Of a stretch of DNA of 55,697 nt, positions 23,073 to 34,907 are shown piece by piece (within the stretch, counting starts at the first letter, position 1; each line of letters starts with the position of its first letter). Made by a program: the position numbers and the translations under genes. The DNA is from Trypethelium eluteriae (Eukaryota): contig JAVECL010000011.1 of NCBI GenBank assembly GCA_051942245.1, positions 62,001 through 117,697 on the forward strand, given 5' to 3'. Below the pieces are notes generated by a model. The model did no database searches and was not told where the DNA came from. It worked only from the letters and a program-made list of their open reading frames with translations.

Positions 23073-25400
23073 ATGAGCGTGCGTGTGGTGGCTAGGATAA
23101 GGCCACTGCTCAAGCTGGAACAGGAAAAGGATGTCATTGTTACGACCAGTGGATCCGGTGAAGAATCTCCTGCGAGTCCGACAGTCGTACGGATACCAAA
23201 TCCCAAGAACGAGACAGAGTCCTTCAGCTTTCAATTCAATAGCGTTTACGACCAAGAATCGACACAGCAGTCCATTTTCGACAATGAAGGTGTGTAATTG
23301 CCATTAAGTCCGCAATACTCAGCTGATACGTTGAGAACAGTCTCCCCTACAGTGAAGCATCTCTTCAACGGCTTTGACGTAACTATCTTTGCATATGGCG
23401 TTACAGGAACCGGAAAGACGCATACTATGCGAGGTGGCAAGAGTTTGGCCGAGCGAGGTGTCATTCCACGGTTGTTAAGTAGCATCTACAGGCGAACCAG
23501 GAAGATTGAGAAGGACTCAGCTGGGCAGACACGGGCGGACGTCTCGATGAGCTATTACGAGATTTACAATGACCGTGTACACGATCTTTTCGAAAGCCCT
23601 GAAAAACGGACTCCATCTGGACTCCCCATCCGTGACAATAACGGGAAAACGGTAGTGGTTGGTCTGACAGAAAGACCTTGCACGACTTTGAAGGAATTCG
23701 AGCAGCTATATGACCAAGCAAACGTGAATAGATCGACATCGGCGACGAAGGTGAGAAGACTTTCCCGGAGAACAAATTAGACGTCGCTGATGTGTCTACA
23801 GCTTAATGCACATTCATCCAGATCACACGCCATCCTCTGTGTGAAAATCTCGCAGACAACCGGCGACCAGACGAGGATCAGCACCGCTTCCGCCATTGAT
23901 CTTGCAGGATCCGAGGATAATCGAAGAACGGACAACGGTAAAGAACGAATGGTTGAATCTGCGAGTATCAATAAGAGCCTTTTCGTGCTTGCCCAATGTG
24001 TAGAGGCAATCAGTAAGAAACAAACCCGAGTACCTTATCGAGAGTCGAAGATGACTCGTATACTCTCACTTGGACAAAACAACGGGTTGACAGTGATGAT
24101 ATTGAACCTCGCCCCTGTTCGGTCATATCATCTTGACACTCTGAGCTCATTGAATTTCGCGAACCGCACGAAGAAGATTGAAGTCAATGAGATCGAGAAT
24201 GAACCTATCTTCAACCACGGTACAGCGGCCAAGCAGACTGCAGCAGTGTCGGGATCTTCCATCCAACAAAGGCAACCACTTCGACCACTAGCTGTCTCCC
24301 ATAATGTGCAATCCACCAAAACCGACAAGCCGGTCAAAGCGTTCTCAGTATATTCAGACAAAACAAAGACAATTAGGCCACTAGCGACCATAGCGAACAC
24401 CGGCAGAAAACTTGAATCCTCGAAACAAGCATTGTCTGAGTCGTCGAACTTTCAAACAACAATGCGTGCCGACAAAGCGATGCGGCCGAGTAACATTGCG
24501 CGACCACCACCGCCAGCTAATCCGATGTTATCGAAAGCCAATATTGAGGCTTTGATAGATCGCCGAATAGAGGAACAGCTAGCAGTACAGCGACATCAGG
24601 ACTCTGCCGCTCCTACCAAACATGTGGACGAGGAATTCCAAAGGAGATTGGAAAAATTAGAACGGCGTATTGAAGAAAAGGAAGAAATGGATGATCCAAA
24701 AGCCGAGGGTCTACAGTACCTCCTCATGGCAAAACAGCATACAGCATCAGGGCACGATCAGTCGGCACTAAAGATGTACCAGCTTGCCTTGCCCTTCTTT
24801 CCGCAGAACCGGAAGCTGGAACACAAGATACAAAAGCTAGAAGATAAGATCAAAGCTAAGAAAGCAGCCCACATAAGCCTACCTAAGATGACATCGGAGA
24901 ATCCAGTCCCAGCCCCGATGTACGCGGTACCAGATACGTCCGAGAGCGAAAATGCCATAATTCGGAAGCCAACCAGACACGAGACATGTGAAGACCCTGA
25001 CGATGATGACTACTACGAAGAACCCCCCAAGCTCTCAACATATGACTCCGACCCAGACGCAATGCACAACGCTCACCGGAAATCACGTCAGCCCGTTTCG
25101 AAAGCTAAGCTTCCCGTCTTCCGCGACCTCTCGGATGCTCCCGACGAGCCGGCTAGCCCTCGAACGTCGACGCTGTTGCAGATTATCAATACGCGCGACT
25201 TGAAGCAGATACGGTCGCTAAAGGGAGTGGGAGCTAAGCGAGCGGCTGCGATTGTCGATGCGCTCTGTGAGATGGATGCTGGAAGTGGGTCAGAGGAGGC
25301 GACGACGATGAGCACGATTACAAGTTTAGAACAGCTGGAGGCGTTGAAGGGCGTGGGGAGGAGTACGGTGGAGGGTATGAGGCTGGGTCTGGCGAGTTGA
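23073..25400 (+). CDS. Kinesin motor protein with C-terminal helix-hairpin-helix (Kid/kinesin-10-like)
   Basis: VRVVARIRP, P-loop GVTGTGKT, NAHSSRSH, DLAGSE and VPYRESKMT; C-terminal LKGVGAKRA and LKGVG. Introns 23290-23340 and 23751-23801. Confidence 0.92.
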
Positions 25401-26171
25401 GTTGTTCGCCTCTGATATGTTGTTTTCTCTCTTTTCATCTGATGGCCACCTCATCACATTGTCTTCTTTCCAATATTTCCCTTTTTTTCTCTCATCCTGG
25501 TCAATAATGGGAAGGGTCTCAAGGCATTAGCAAGGTGTTTCATGGGTCATCTCGGTGTAAGAATAGCACAGCGACACGTATGTACGCGTCCTTGCCTTGC
25601 AACAATGCAGGTAATGGTGGCAAATATCGGAAACTAAATATTGACTTCTCGTGCTTAGCGGAGACCAAACTGCCGGAAGTGCCCCACGGTTTTATCGGTG
25701 CGCATCGGCCTCCACAGCGGCCGAGTAATTTTTCTACTCTTCGCTCCATACCCGTCTCGGTTTAGCAGTGATCATTTAGTACTGCACCACCAAATGGTTA
25801 GATGCTCAATTGAGCAAATGACGCAAGTGCCCGCCATAATTCTCAAACGAGCAACACGGGACCTCAATGGGAATGGAACCTGGAGCATGGATCACTAAGC
25901 TGCAGCGGTAATGGTGCCGAATACCCGAATCGGCGAGGTGTTTGAGTCGGTGCGTTGCTCTGATGCACCATCTAATTTGTGGATTTGTGAGCAGGGCATG
26001 GCAAGGCAAGGCAAGACCATGTGGACGATTAAAAACACTAATAAGAGAAGAGCCTCCTTCGGATTTCTTCCCCTGCTCTGTCTTGCATCTTCCTACGGAG
26101 TTCCGTTGCATAGGCGGCCTTTTTCCCAAAATTTTTGGGGATACAAAACAAAATAATATACCATTTTCAGC

Positions 26172-28057
26172 ATGGACCGGATAGAACGGTTGCTATCTCG
26201 GCCTACTGCCAAACCCTACCGAAGCCGTGACCTCGAAGCCTCTGAGACTCCGTTTTTGAATGCGCAGGGCCACCTCGATTTTGCGCCCGGCGATGTGGAG
26301 AATCCCAAAGAATGGTCTCGCCCCCGGCGATGGTACGTCACGGTTGTAGGAGTTACTCTCGTGGTCAACGCTACGTTTGCGTCTTCGAGTCCCTCAGGAT
26401 GTCTTGAAAGTATTGCAGATACTTTTGACGTTTCGGTGGAAGCAACGAATCTCGTCATTACACTGTTCCTTTTAGGTTACTGTTTCGGACCACTGTTCTG
26501 GGTATTTCGACTCTCATCCCTCCAGTGAGGTCTCCGTATATTGATTTCTTTTCTTAGGCACCATTATCCGAGTTTTATGGTCGAAGATGGCTTTTCTACC
26601 TCTCATTCACGGCCTACCTGGCTTTCAATTTCCTTTGCGCATTTGCAAATAATTTCGGTGCTCTTCTGGTCGGACGTTTCTTAACCGGAACGTTTGCAAG
26701 TTCTGCTCTTTCGAATGCGCCAGGCGTGCTTGCCGATATTTGGGGTCCAGTAGATCGAGGCAACGCCATGGGCTTATTCTCTATGATGACCTTCATTGGT
26801 CCATCTCTTGGACCTGTAATATCTGGATTCCTGCAGCTGAAGGAGGACTGGCGTTGGAATTTTTACGTCCTCCTCTGGTTAGCTGGTGCAACTGAGATTC
26901 TTATGTTCACAATCCCAGAGACCCTCCCTTCAATCGTTCTGCTGAACAAAGCGCGTCGTCTACGAGCTCTCAAAATTCCAGGTTATGAAAATGTTCAGGC
27001 TCCCGTGGAAGCTACGGATAGAACGCTTGCTGGCATTTTCAAAGTTGCCCTCTTGCGGCCTTGGCAGATCCTATTCGACCCAATCTCATTCCTCGTTGCC
27101 ATTTATGTGGGTGTCGTTTACGCCCTACTATACATGCTTTTCACCATCTATCCCATCGTTTTCCAGCAAAAGCGTCACTGGAATGCTGGTGTCGGAGAGC
27201 TGCCCCTCATTGGCACTATTGTCGGTGCTGTCATGGCCGCCGGCATTGTTTTCTACAACTCTTCTCGTGACGTGAAGCGCATGCTAGCCGGTCATACCCA
27301 ACGTCCAGAAGATAGGCTGCCATTAGCTATGCTCGGAGGTGTTATGTTTGCTATTACCATGTTCTGGTTTGCCTGGAGCGGAGAATACAACAGCGTACAC
27401 TGGATTGTTCCAACGTTGGCAGGCGTGTTTTTATCGTGCTCCATCTTGTTGATATTCGTCGCCTTTTTGAATTACATCACTGACACATACCTAATGTTTG
27501 CTGCATCTGCGCTGGCTGCTAATACGATCATGAGATCGGCTTGTGGCGCTGCAGCACCGCTCTTTACTCAATACATGTGAGTGCCTGCGTGCATGAATTC
27601 CTAAATTTTTACATCAGTACATTTCTTCGCAGTCGGTGCTAACCTTTTCAGGTTTGATGCTTTAGGCGTCGGCGGTGGTGGTTCCTTGATCGGCGGTGTG
27701 GCAACATTACTTGCGCCAATACCATTTATCTTTTACTGGAAGGGCGAAACCATCCGTCGAAGATCTAGGTTTGCCCCCACGGAGAACAAGCCGAAGCAAG
27801 AAGACAAGCCTGCGGACGACGAGCAGCAGCAGGAGCGCGATATATCCGATGACCTCGAAAAGGACGAGACCAGCCCATCGCGTCAAGTGACTACTTCTAG
27901 TGAAAGCGATCTTTCCCGAGTGAGAAGTCGTGAGGTTGAAGCAGGACAGGAGGGCGCTAGGACGGATGACGGAGAACTCAGAACCGCTACTGGAGAAGTC
28001 GTTGAAACAGAAAAAGATTTGGAGAAGCATCAAGCATATCGTAAAGAGACCAGATGA
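26172..28057 (+). CDS. MFS drug:H+ antiporter (DHA1 family)
   Basis: DVENPKEWS, GPLFWAPLSEFYGRR, GPSLGPVISG, PETL, RPEDRL and ASALAANT. Introns 26502-26557 and 27577-27651. Confidence 0.93.
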
Positions 28058-28531
28058 ATTGCGATGCGACCTTAAGCAATAGCCTTTTACTGACAGGTTC
28101 TCTTGCTCCTTTGATCATTGGTTCATTAATCCCTGAGCAAATCCATCAGTCGCGGATGGCTACACCTGGAATCCACGAGGATGTCACTTCTCCATAATTA
28201 AGATGGAAAGACCTGCATTTAAAACCAGGAGGCCCTGTAAAGAGCAGAGTGGGCTCGTGGAGTATTTTGTCTGGTCGTACTGACGGCGCGAAGTCAGAAA
28301 TCGAACATGAAGAAGGGAAAGATGAAAATCAAGTCGCATTGGATTTTGGAGACATAATTCTTGCGTAGTACAAGATGCAAATAGGACCAGGGGAGAATAA
28401 TCTACTTCTAGATTCTTGGCTGTATATACTTTTTGATATAGATCTTTAGGCGACTGGTAACAGGAGCTAAGGGAAAGCAGATACAGAAAATCAAAGTACT
28501 TGCTTGGGGTATCAATTGTGCGTCGCATTCA

Positions 28532-30843
28532 TCATTGCGCAGTCCCATTACTACCCTCCTCTTTCTCTCGCTTATGTTTCGTCTTCAACCCATCCCCAGG
28601 AGGCTGCAGAGCCTGCCATTTCAGTCCCGAAAATCCCAAAACACAATTAAACATCTCATCTCTACACCCTCTAGAGGCCACAAGCTCAGTGATTGGGCCA
28701 TCCGTCCAGTGAAATTGCAACACTTCCATCGTAGCCGCTCGCCCTATCCGCGATTCTGAAGATTGTTTTCGAATTTCCACGAGCTCCATATACGACCGTG
28801 ACCATCGTCCACCGTGACCAGGGAAGGAAGAGGAAAATCTCAAGCCAGAGCCAAACAATACAAGTCGACCCAGACTCGAATGCCAGCGGCAGCGAAAAGA
28901 CAGTATCCCTTCGCCACCAATGGCCGACGTGGACGAACTCGCGGTCTCATATGAAGCTGCCGAATCGTCGGAGTCATACCCAGTAGCAGCCTTCTCCCCT
29001 GTCGACGTTGTTTTCGTGATAACCGGAAGCTCCATACTCCCACTGTATTCCGGACCAGCTGGGTTGATCTTTTCAGACAGGTATTTCTCCGTAACGCGAT
29101 GTCCAACAATGGCAGCGCGTGCATTCTGTGCCTCGCTACGGAGATAGCGGAACGCCCATTCGGCATGCGTCGGTATGTCCCAAACAGTCCATTTTATTGG
29201 CGAGACTGTGTGTCGAAATTTGGGGTATAAGCTTGAGATGGGCCTGGAGAAGAAAAAGTATATTATGCCGATCCATTCCAGTATCTTGACACTGAACTCC
29301 ATACTTGTAAAGTGTCCGACGAGTATGCAGCTTATCAAGAATATCAGAGTACACGTGGTCATCCATGGATCTTTCCAGTCGTAGCAATTTTGATAGATTT
29401 CTAACAGATCGGCCAAATCACCAATCTGAAGCTGAACGATTGGACCGATTTCGTCGAGCAAGGGGTCTAGCCACTTGTCGTTTCCGTGCTTGCTGATAAG
29501 TTCCGATAGCCGGAGAGCTCGCGTGCCTCGACTGATTGCTCGTTCATAAGATAGTCGGATTTCGTCAATGGACTCCGGGCGGACACGACGCCGCACCGTG
29601 ACGAAGATTAGGTAGGAGTACTGAAAGGATATCAGCTGGCTGACAACTGCTTCGATCTTGTGAAGAGAGATTACCAGGAATGTAACCATATGATTGTAAT
29701 ACCACACGGTCAGCATGATTGCTAGCCATTTACCCGTCTTTTGGGGATCCTCCCACCGATAAACACGCCGAACGTTAAGGATCCATTCTTGCCAAGGTGC
29801 CGATACCATGACGAGGCGCTCCACGTGCCGAACAAGGGTATCTTGGTTGAAAGGTAATGTATTAAAATCGTCAATGTATTGAGAAGTAAAGTCTTGGCTG
29901 TAATAAAGCATGATCTGTTCAAGATCAGAATTAGTAGCTTGATCTGAGCTCATATCGGGAAGAAACAACATGCCGCTCCAATATAACGTTCATAGCGAAA
30001 TCTTCCAGTAGTGCCATCCTCGTTCCGATCATAATAGTCGGATTGTATGGGGAAATCAAAGTGCTGTTTCGGTACCACACGCGCTCGAAAGATATGCCTG
30101 CTTGTGATCCAGGCTACCCGTGCCTTTTCGCGATCTGATTCTAGATCATGCATCTTTTGCTCGAGCCTTTCACATTCGCTCTCCCGATCGGATGAGCCCT
30201 CAGCCGACGATGCTGCTCTAGACGACTGTACCCGAACCATCTCTTCGTGAGTATCCAGAAGTTGAAGGTCCGCTTCAGGCGACAGGTAAGGATGTTCTGG
30301 GGTAGCCAACTTTTTGGCAGCTTTTGCTTTTAGAGCACGTCTCGGGTGTGCTACTGCATGAAGGGTACCTTTCGTCGTTCCGAAAGTAGCATCGATGGTA
30401 TTGCTCACAGAGAAACCCTCCTTTCGAATGAGTTGCTTTGGACTGAATGCAGGGTTTTGCTTGACATCTTGAACGATGTCATTTTCTGCAAGATCTTCAT
30501 GTTCACTTTCTTCCTCAAGATCTGTTTTATCCCGCTCTTTCTTCGAGTCCTTCGATGTACCGTGGAGCACTCTCTTTGCCTTGGCTTTGGTCGCTTGGCC
30601 AATGTTTCGGACTCGTTGTTTAGGGGAGACTTGACTGGACATGTCATTACTGCGTCGACGATGCTGCTGTGATGTTTCGTCGTCAGACTCGTCGGTCATA
30701 GGACTGCGCAAATCGACTGCCTCTGTGGAAGTTGCATCAGCCTTTCGGGGCTGCTGGGGAAGGTGTGAGCCCGAGATTGGCTGCAGTTGCACCTCAATAC
30801 GATCCTCATCGTGGACGCCATCAATGTAGCTGGTATCCTGCAT
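28532..30843 (-). CDS. Conserved fungal membrane protein (DUF3292-like with putative C-terminal PH/GRAM-like region)
   Basis: Two long ORFs joined by a GC-AG intron at 29915-29973, plus an in-frame intron at 29621-29674. Motifs QDFTSQYIDDF, VERLVMVSAPWQ, VYRWEDP and WDIPTHAEW. Confidence 0.75.
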
Positions 30844-31744
30844 TGCCGCCTTGTAGGATCGGATGGATTCATGGCAAATTATGCAGCTTGACCGGGTTAA
30901 GCCAACAATCGGCTACAGAGCAACGCCGGAATGCTCTGACCGCATGTGAGTTGATAGAGCAACACGGTGAAGCGCAAAGATGGCAGCTGAAGGTAGGCCA
31001 TGCTCGTTGCCTACGCCGACAAACCATGGCCGGTTTACCCTACGCGTTCTCGGGTGGTGATGATGTTGGTGGCGATTGTGATAGGATAGCCTGCTCAATG
31101 ACAGCATTACAGCGATCTACACAGGTATTTGTAGAGCAAAGCTAGTCTACGCTAGGTAAAGCCGCCGCATACTTATCGATCCGTTGCAGCGTATCATGCA
31201 ATGCGCGCCCCTTTATCGATGGGAGCCGCGTTGCAGCCACTGACGCGCATACTGGTACTTTGGGTGATTTGCATGTGATGGCGTCTTGCTACCTCTTCAC
31301 GTATTTCATGTCTCTATCCCTCAAAAACACATGTTCGACACTAAATGATGAGATGCAAGGCCCGGCCGCCACGGCTGTACATGAAGTCCTCGAATCAGTC
31401 ACCGCGCCCAATGCGCGACAGAATGTAGACAGCCACCCTGTTAACGTTGTAGCCATACTTTCGCCCAAGATACTACAATCCGATAGAGTTACTGCAGATG
31501 CGAGTCAGTTGCGCCGCATACACTCGCTATGTCGGTGAAAGTCGGCGCGGTGCCATCGCGCACGCCGCATTCGTTAACGGCGATTTGTCCGCAGTCGGTC
31601 CTTCGATAGAAACCCACTTCAGATTTCCCGCAACAACTTACATACTCGCCGAATTACACCACCCGCTGCGACTCACTGTCGCTAATTTACAGTGAGGCTG
31701 ACCGCAATCCAACGAGTGCAATCTCATCAACGTCTTCGTAGGTC

Positions 31745-32164
31745 ATGGCAACGCCCTCAGACTCAAGCGCGCCGGTGAAAGCAACATGCCATTGCGGTGC
31801 TGTGACAATCCAGACTCCTGGCAGACCTCGCGAAATCAATGAGTGCCAGTGTACAATCTGTCGACGCTACGCGGCCGCTTGGGCATACTATGATCCGAAG
31901 GAGATTAAGATTTCCGTCACAGACAGCTCACCGACCAAGAAATACGTTTGGGGCGACCGCGACCTCGAATTCCACTTTTGCTCGGTTTGCGGGTGTGTGA
32001 CTCACTGGAAGTCGATCCAAGAAAGTCGCAAAATGGGCATCAATACAAGGATGATGGATCCCGATGAAGTCAGGACAGCGAGTCGCAGGATCAGCTACGG
32101 GACTCTATCGACACCCTTGAGGTCAAAAGAGACAGCACATTCCGAAGACAAAGCCCAATATTGA
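31745..32164 (+). CDS. GFA / CENP-V family zinc-binding protein
   Basis: CHCGAV, CQCTICRR and FCSVCGC cysteine pattern; GINTR. Confidence 0.9.
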   Translation: MATPSDSSAPVKATCHCGAVTIQTPGRPREINECQCTICRRYAAAWAYYDPKEIKISVTDSSPTKKYVWGDRDLEFHFCSVCGCVTHWKSIQESRKMGINTRMMDPDEVRTASRRISYGTLSTPLRSKETAHSEDKAQY

Positions 32165-33472
32165 TGTGCAACCCTTGGGGCCTGGACAAGCGGAACCTCC
32201 ACGCACATGAGGCAACGGACACTTTTAGGTGCGGTTCAAGCTCTACCGAATCGAGACCTACTGCGAAAAGGTGGCTCGACGACTGAAAAGACGGAGGAGT
32301 GGCACGCGTCAGGGCGGGTTTACCCAGGCGTCTGAGAGTCGAAGTTTGTTAAGATTTGGGGCCAGCGCGCATGAGAGCATCGAAAAGGAATAACAATGTC
32401 CTACAGCATTCTCGGACAGAGTTTCACAGACAACCTTGACGGTTGCAGATTATACTCAACCAGCCGAGTCCCCTTGGACAACGCCTCGTTCTGATCATCC
32501 CTTTCTTTTCTCGAATAGCCAGAATCGATGTCTTTCAATCGGCAGTACAATGCGAAGACCATCAATATTCACGAGCATATATCGCCCAGTAAGCAGGTCG
32601 CCCTTTATATCGCGCCAGACGTTTAGCGCGATTTCGTGAGAGTAACGTCGGTGAATATCGCACTGTGAACAACATCTGACTTCGGCGTCGACCAGACTGG
32701 AGAGTGAAGTCATCCTCTATCACCCGTCTGATTAGCGCTTAGCCCTAACTGCAACCGTCATTTGTTCAGCTCAGAAGTATCGATCGGCGTAGCGACGTTG
32801 CATGAATCGTCGTTATACTGCAACTACAGAGCTGATAACGGCCTCAAAATATGACGTTGAGGCTTAAATCTCAGACACTACCTTGCTATGACTGTTAGGA
32901 GTTGTCAGCGCTTGAAGGTGGGATGATAATAGAAGCGTCTTGTAGTGCTAGCAAAACGTAGCTTCGCGCGACCTAGGTGGTAGGCGGCAACGCCAAAGTA
33001 GTTCCAAGCTGAGATACGTCGTAAGGATCCACAGATGGGTTGAGTACAGCGTTCATACAGAATGAAGCAAAAGCAGGCGTACAGACAACCTCGAGACCGT
33101 GCTCAAGACAAAGGACCTATAAACTCGCTCGCTACGAAGGGTGGCTCGCAACAGAGGGACGGACGTTATATCTCTATCCGTCAACAATATATAGTCCACA
33201 CTGAGTGATACACATATGAGGTTCAGACGACATACAGTCACAGGAGCCGAGCCTGGTGCATAGAAACATCCTCAGGCATGTAGGCAAGTACTGCAGAGCA
33301 GGCAAACGTCTTCAATCATCTCATCTTCTCTTGAGACTATGCTTGGTCCACAAGCACGACGTGTCATTTCTCGTTGAAGGTTTATTTATTCTACAACAAA
33401 CGCCAGTACATGAAGCCCAAATTCCGTCAAGCATGTCATTTTATCCATCCCTACGTCGTTTGCAATTGTCGG

Positions 33473-34757
33473 TTAAGCTACAAGAAAACCGTAAGCATTT
33501 TTCGATGGATAAGACTTCACCAGAGTCATGGGACTTACTAGAAGGGCTGTTGTTCAGCGAGCTCGAGGCACTAGCATCCCCTGGATCAGTGCTCTGTAGA
33601 GCAGCGAGAATGCCAGCGAGCGAGTTGGGGTCCTGACGTTTCTGGTTTGCCGAGCCCATCAAGGAGCTAGAAGCACTCGCATCCCCTGGATCGGTACTCT
33701 GGAGGGCAGCAAGGATTCCTGCGAGCGAGTTCGGGTCCTGACGCTTCTGGTTTGCCGAGCCCATTAAGGAGCTAGAGGCACTCGCATCTCCGGGATCAGT
33801 ACTTTGCAGAGCAGCAAGGATACCTGCGAGCGAGTTGGGGTCCTGACGCTTCTGATTTGCCGAGCCCATCAAAGAGCTAGAAGCACTCGCATCCCCTGGA
33901 TCGGTACTCTGGAGGGCAGCAAGAATGCCTGCGAGCGAGTTAGGGTCCTGACGCTTCTGGTTTGCTGAGCCCATCAAGGAGCTAGAGGCACTCGCATCCC
34001 CCGGGTCGGTGCTTTGGAGGGCAGCAAGAATTCCAGCAAGAGAATTGGGGTCCTGTTGACGCTTCTGGTTCGCAGAGTTCATCAAGGAGTTGGAAGCACT
34101 GGCATCACCTGGATCGGTGCTTTGCAGAGCAGCAAGAATTCCAGCAAGAGAGTTGGGATCCTGTTGCCGTTTCTGGTTTGCAGAATTCATGAGGGAGCTC
34201 GATGCACTAGCATCCCCAGGATCAGTGCTTTGCAGGGCAGAGAGGATGCCCGCCAAGGAATTGGGGTCCTGGCGTTTGTCCAGCGATGAAGCTTCGGCAT
34301 CATCGAAGTCCCTCTCAGAGAGCTCTGCCAAGATGTCCGCAGCGCTCTCGGCAGCTTCTATACAAAGTTCAGATTCTGATGCAAAGGTCTAATCTTGGGT
34401 GTCGGCCGAGTACTTACCACGACGCTCTAATTCGGAAGCAGGGTCAGCGTCAGCTTCGACTGCGGATAAGTCTCGCAAGATCTGGTGAGCAGTCTCGGCC
34501 ACTAGAAAACTGATTAGCTACCACCTATAAGGCATGATCATTGGATAAAAGGACTTACCGCGGCGGTGGAGGGACGAGTCTGCAGATGCATCGCTCACAT
34601 CCCTCTCTGAAAGAGACTGGAGGACTTCGGCTGCGTCGTCTGCTCAACTGTGAGTCCACGTTGTCGCGATACGAAATCTGGCAGTATGCTCACCAACTGC
34701 AGACACAGCTCCCAAAGAAGCCGCGAGGGCGAGGAAGACGTGAATGTTGAATTTCAT
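33473..34757 (-). CDS. Secreted KEX2-processed repeat protein (KEP), putative peptide precursor of about 350 aa
   Basis: Exons 34694-34757, 34559-34639, 34418-34501, 33539-34357 and 33473-33477, all joined by canonical phase-1 GT-AG introns. Signal peptide MKFNIHVFLALAASLGAVSA; ten related units separated by RR/KR. Confidence 0.88.
33540..34271 (-). repeat. Coding tandem repeat: 7 copies of a 105/108-bp unit, (Q)QDPNSLAGILAALQSTDPGDASASSSLMGSANQKR
   Basis: Directly visible in DNA and translation. Differences between copies are mostly synonymous; the last copy has a different end. Confidence 0.98.
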
Positions 34758-34901
34758 GTTGTAATTAGTTGCAAGGAAATTGAGAACAATAAATTTGTAA
34801 GATCTAAATCCGAAGGAGTGAAATGAATTAAAGAGGAAGTGACCAGCACAAAAATCAAGACGTTCCGGACAGCTCACCGAGCCGCATCAACGGCGATCGT
34901 G

Positions 34902-34907
34902 CTTATA
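34902..34907 (-). promoter_or_regulatory. Possible TATA element (TATAAG) of the repeat-protein gene
   Basis: CATATAAG on the minus strand about 145 nt upstream of the ATG at 34757, followed by a pyrimidine-rich leader. Confidence 0.3.

Noticed and set aside
33540..34271. CRISPR-like array or transposon-derived repeat
   Set aside because: There are no unique spacers. Units are multiples of 3, translate to a conserved peptide and vary at silent sites, and the context is eukaryotic with no cas genes.
33540..34271. Alpha-type mating pheromone precursor
   Set aside because: The units are 33-34 aa, much longer than typical ascomycete alpha-like pheromones, and lack the Trp/Cys-rich core and X-A/X-P spacer dipeptides.
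33256..34513. Plus-strand ORFs with repeated ALASPGSVLCRAAR
   Set aside because: These are antisense shadows of the minus-strand repeat gene.
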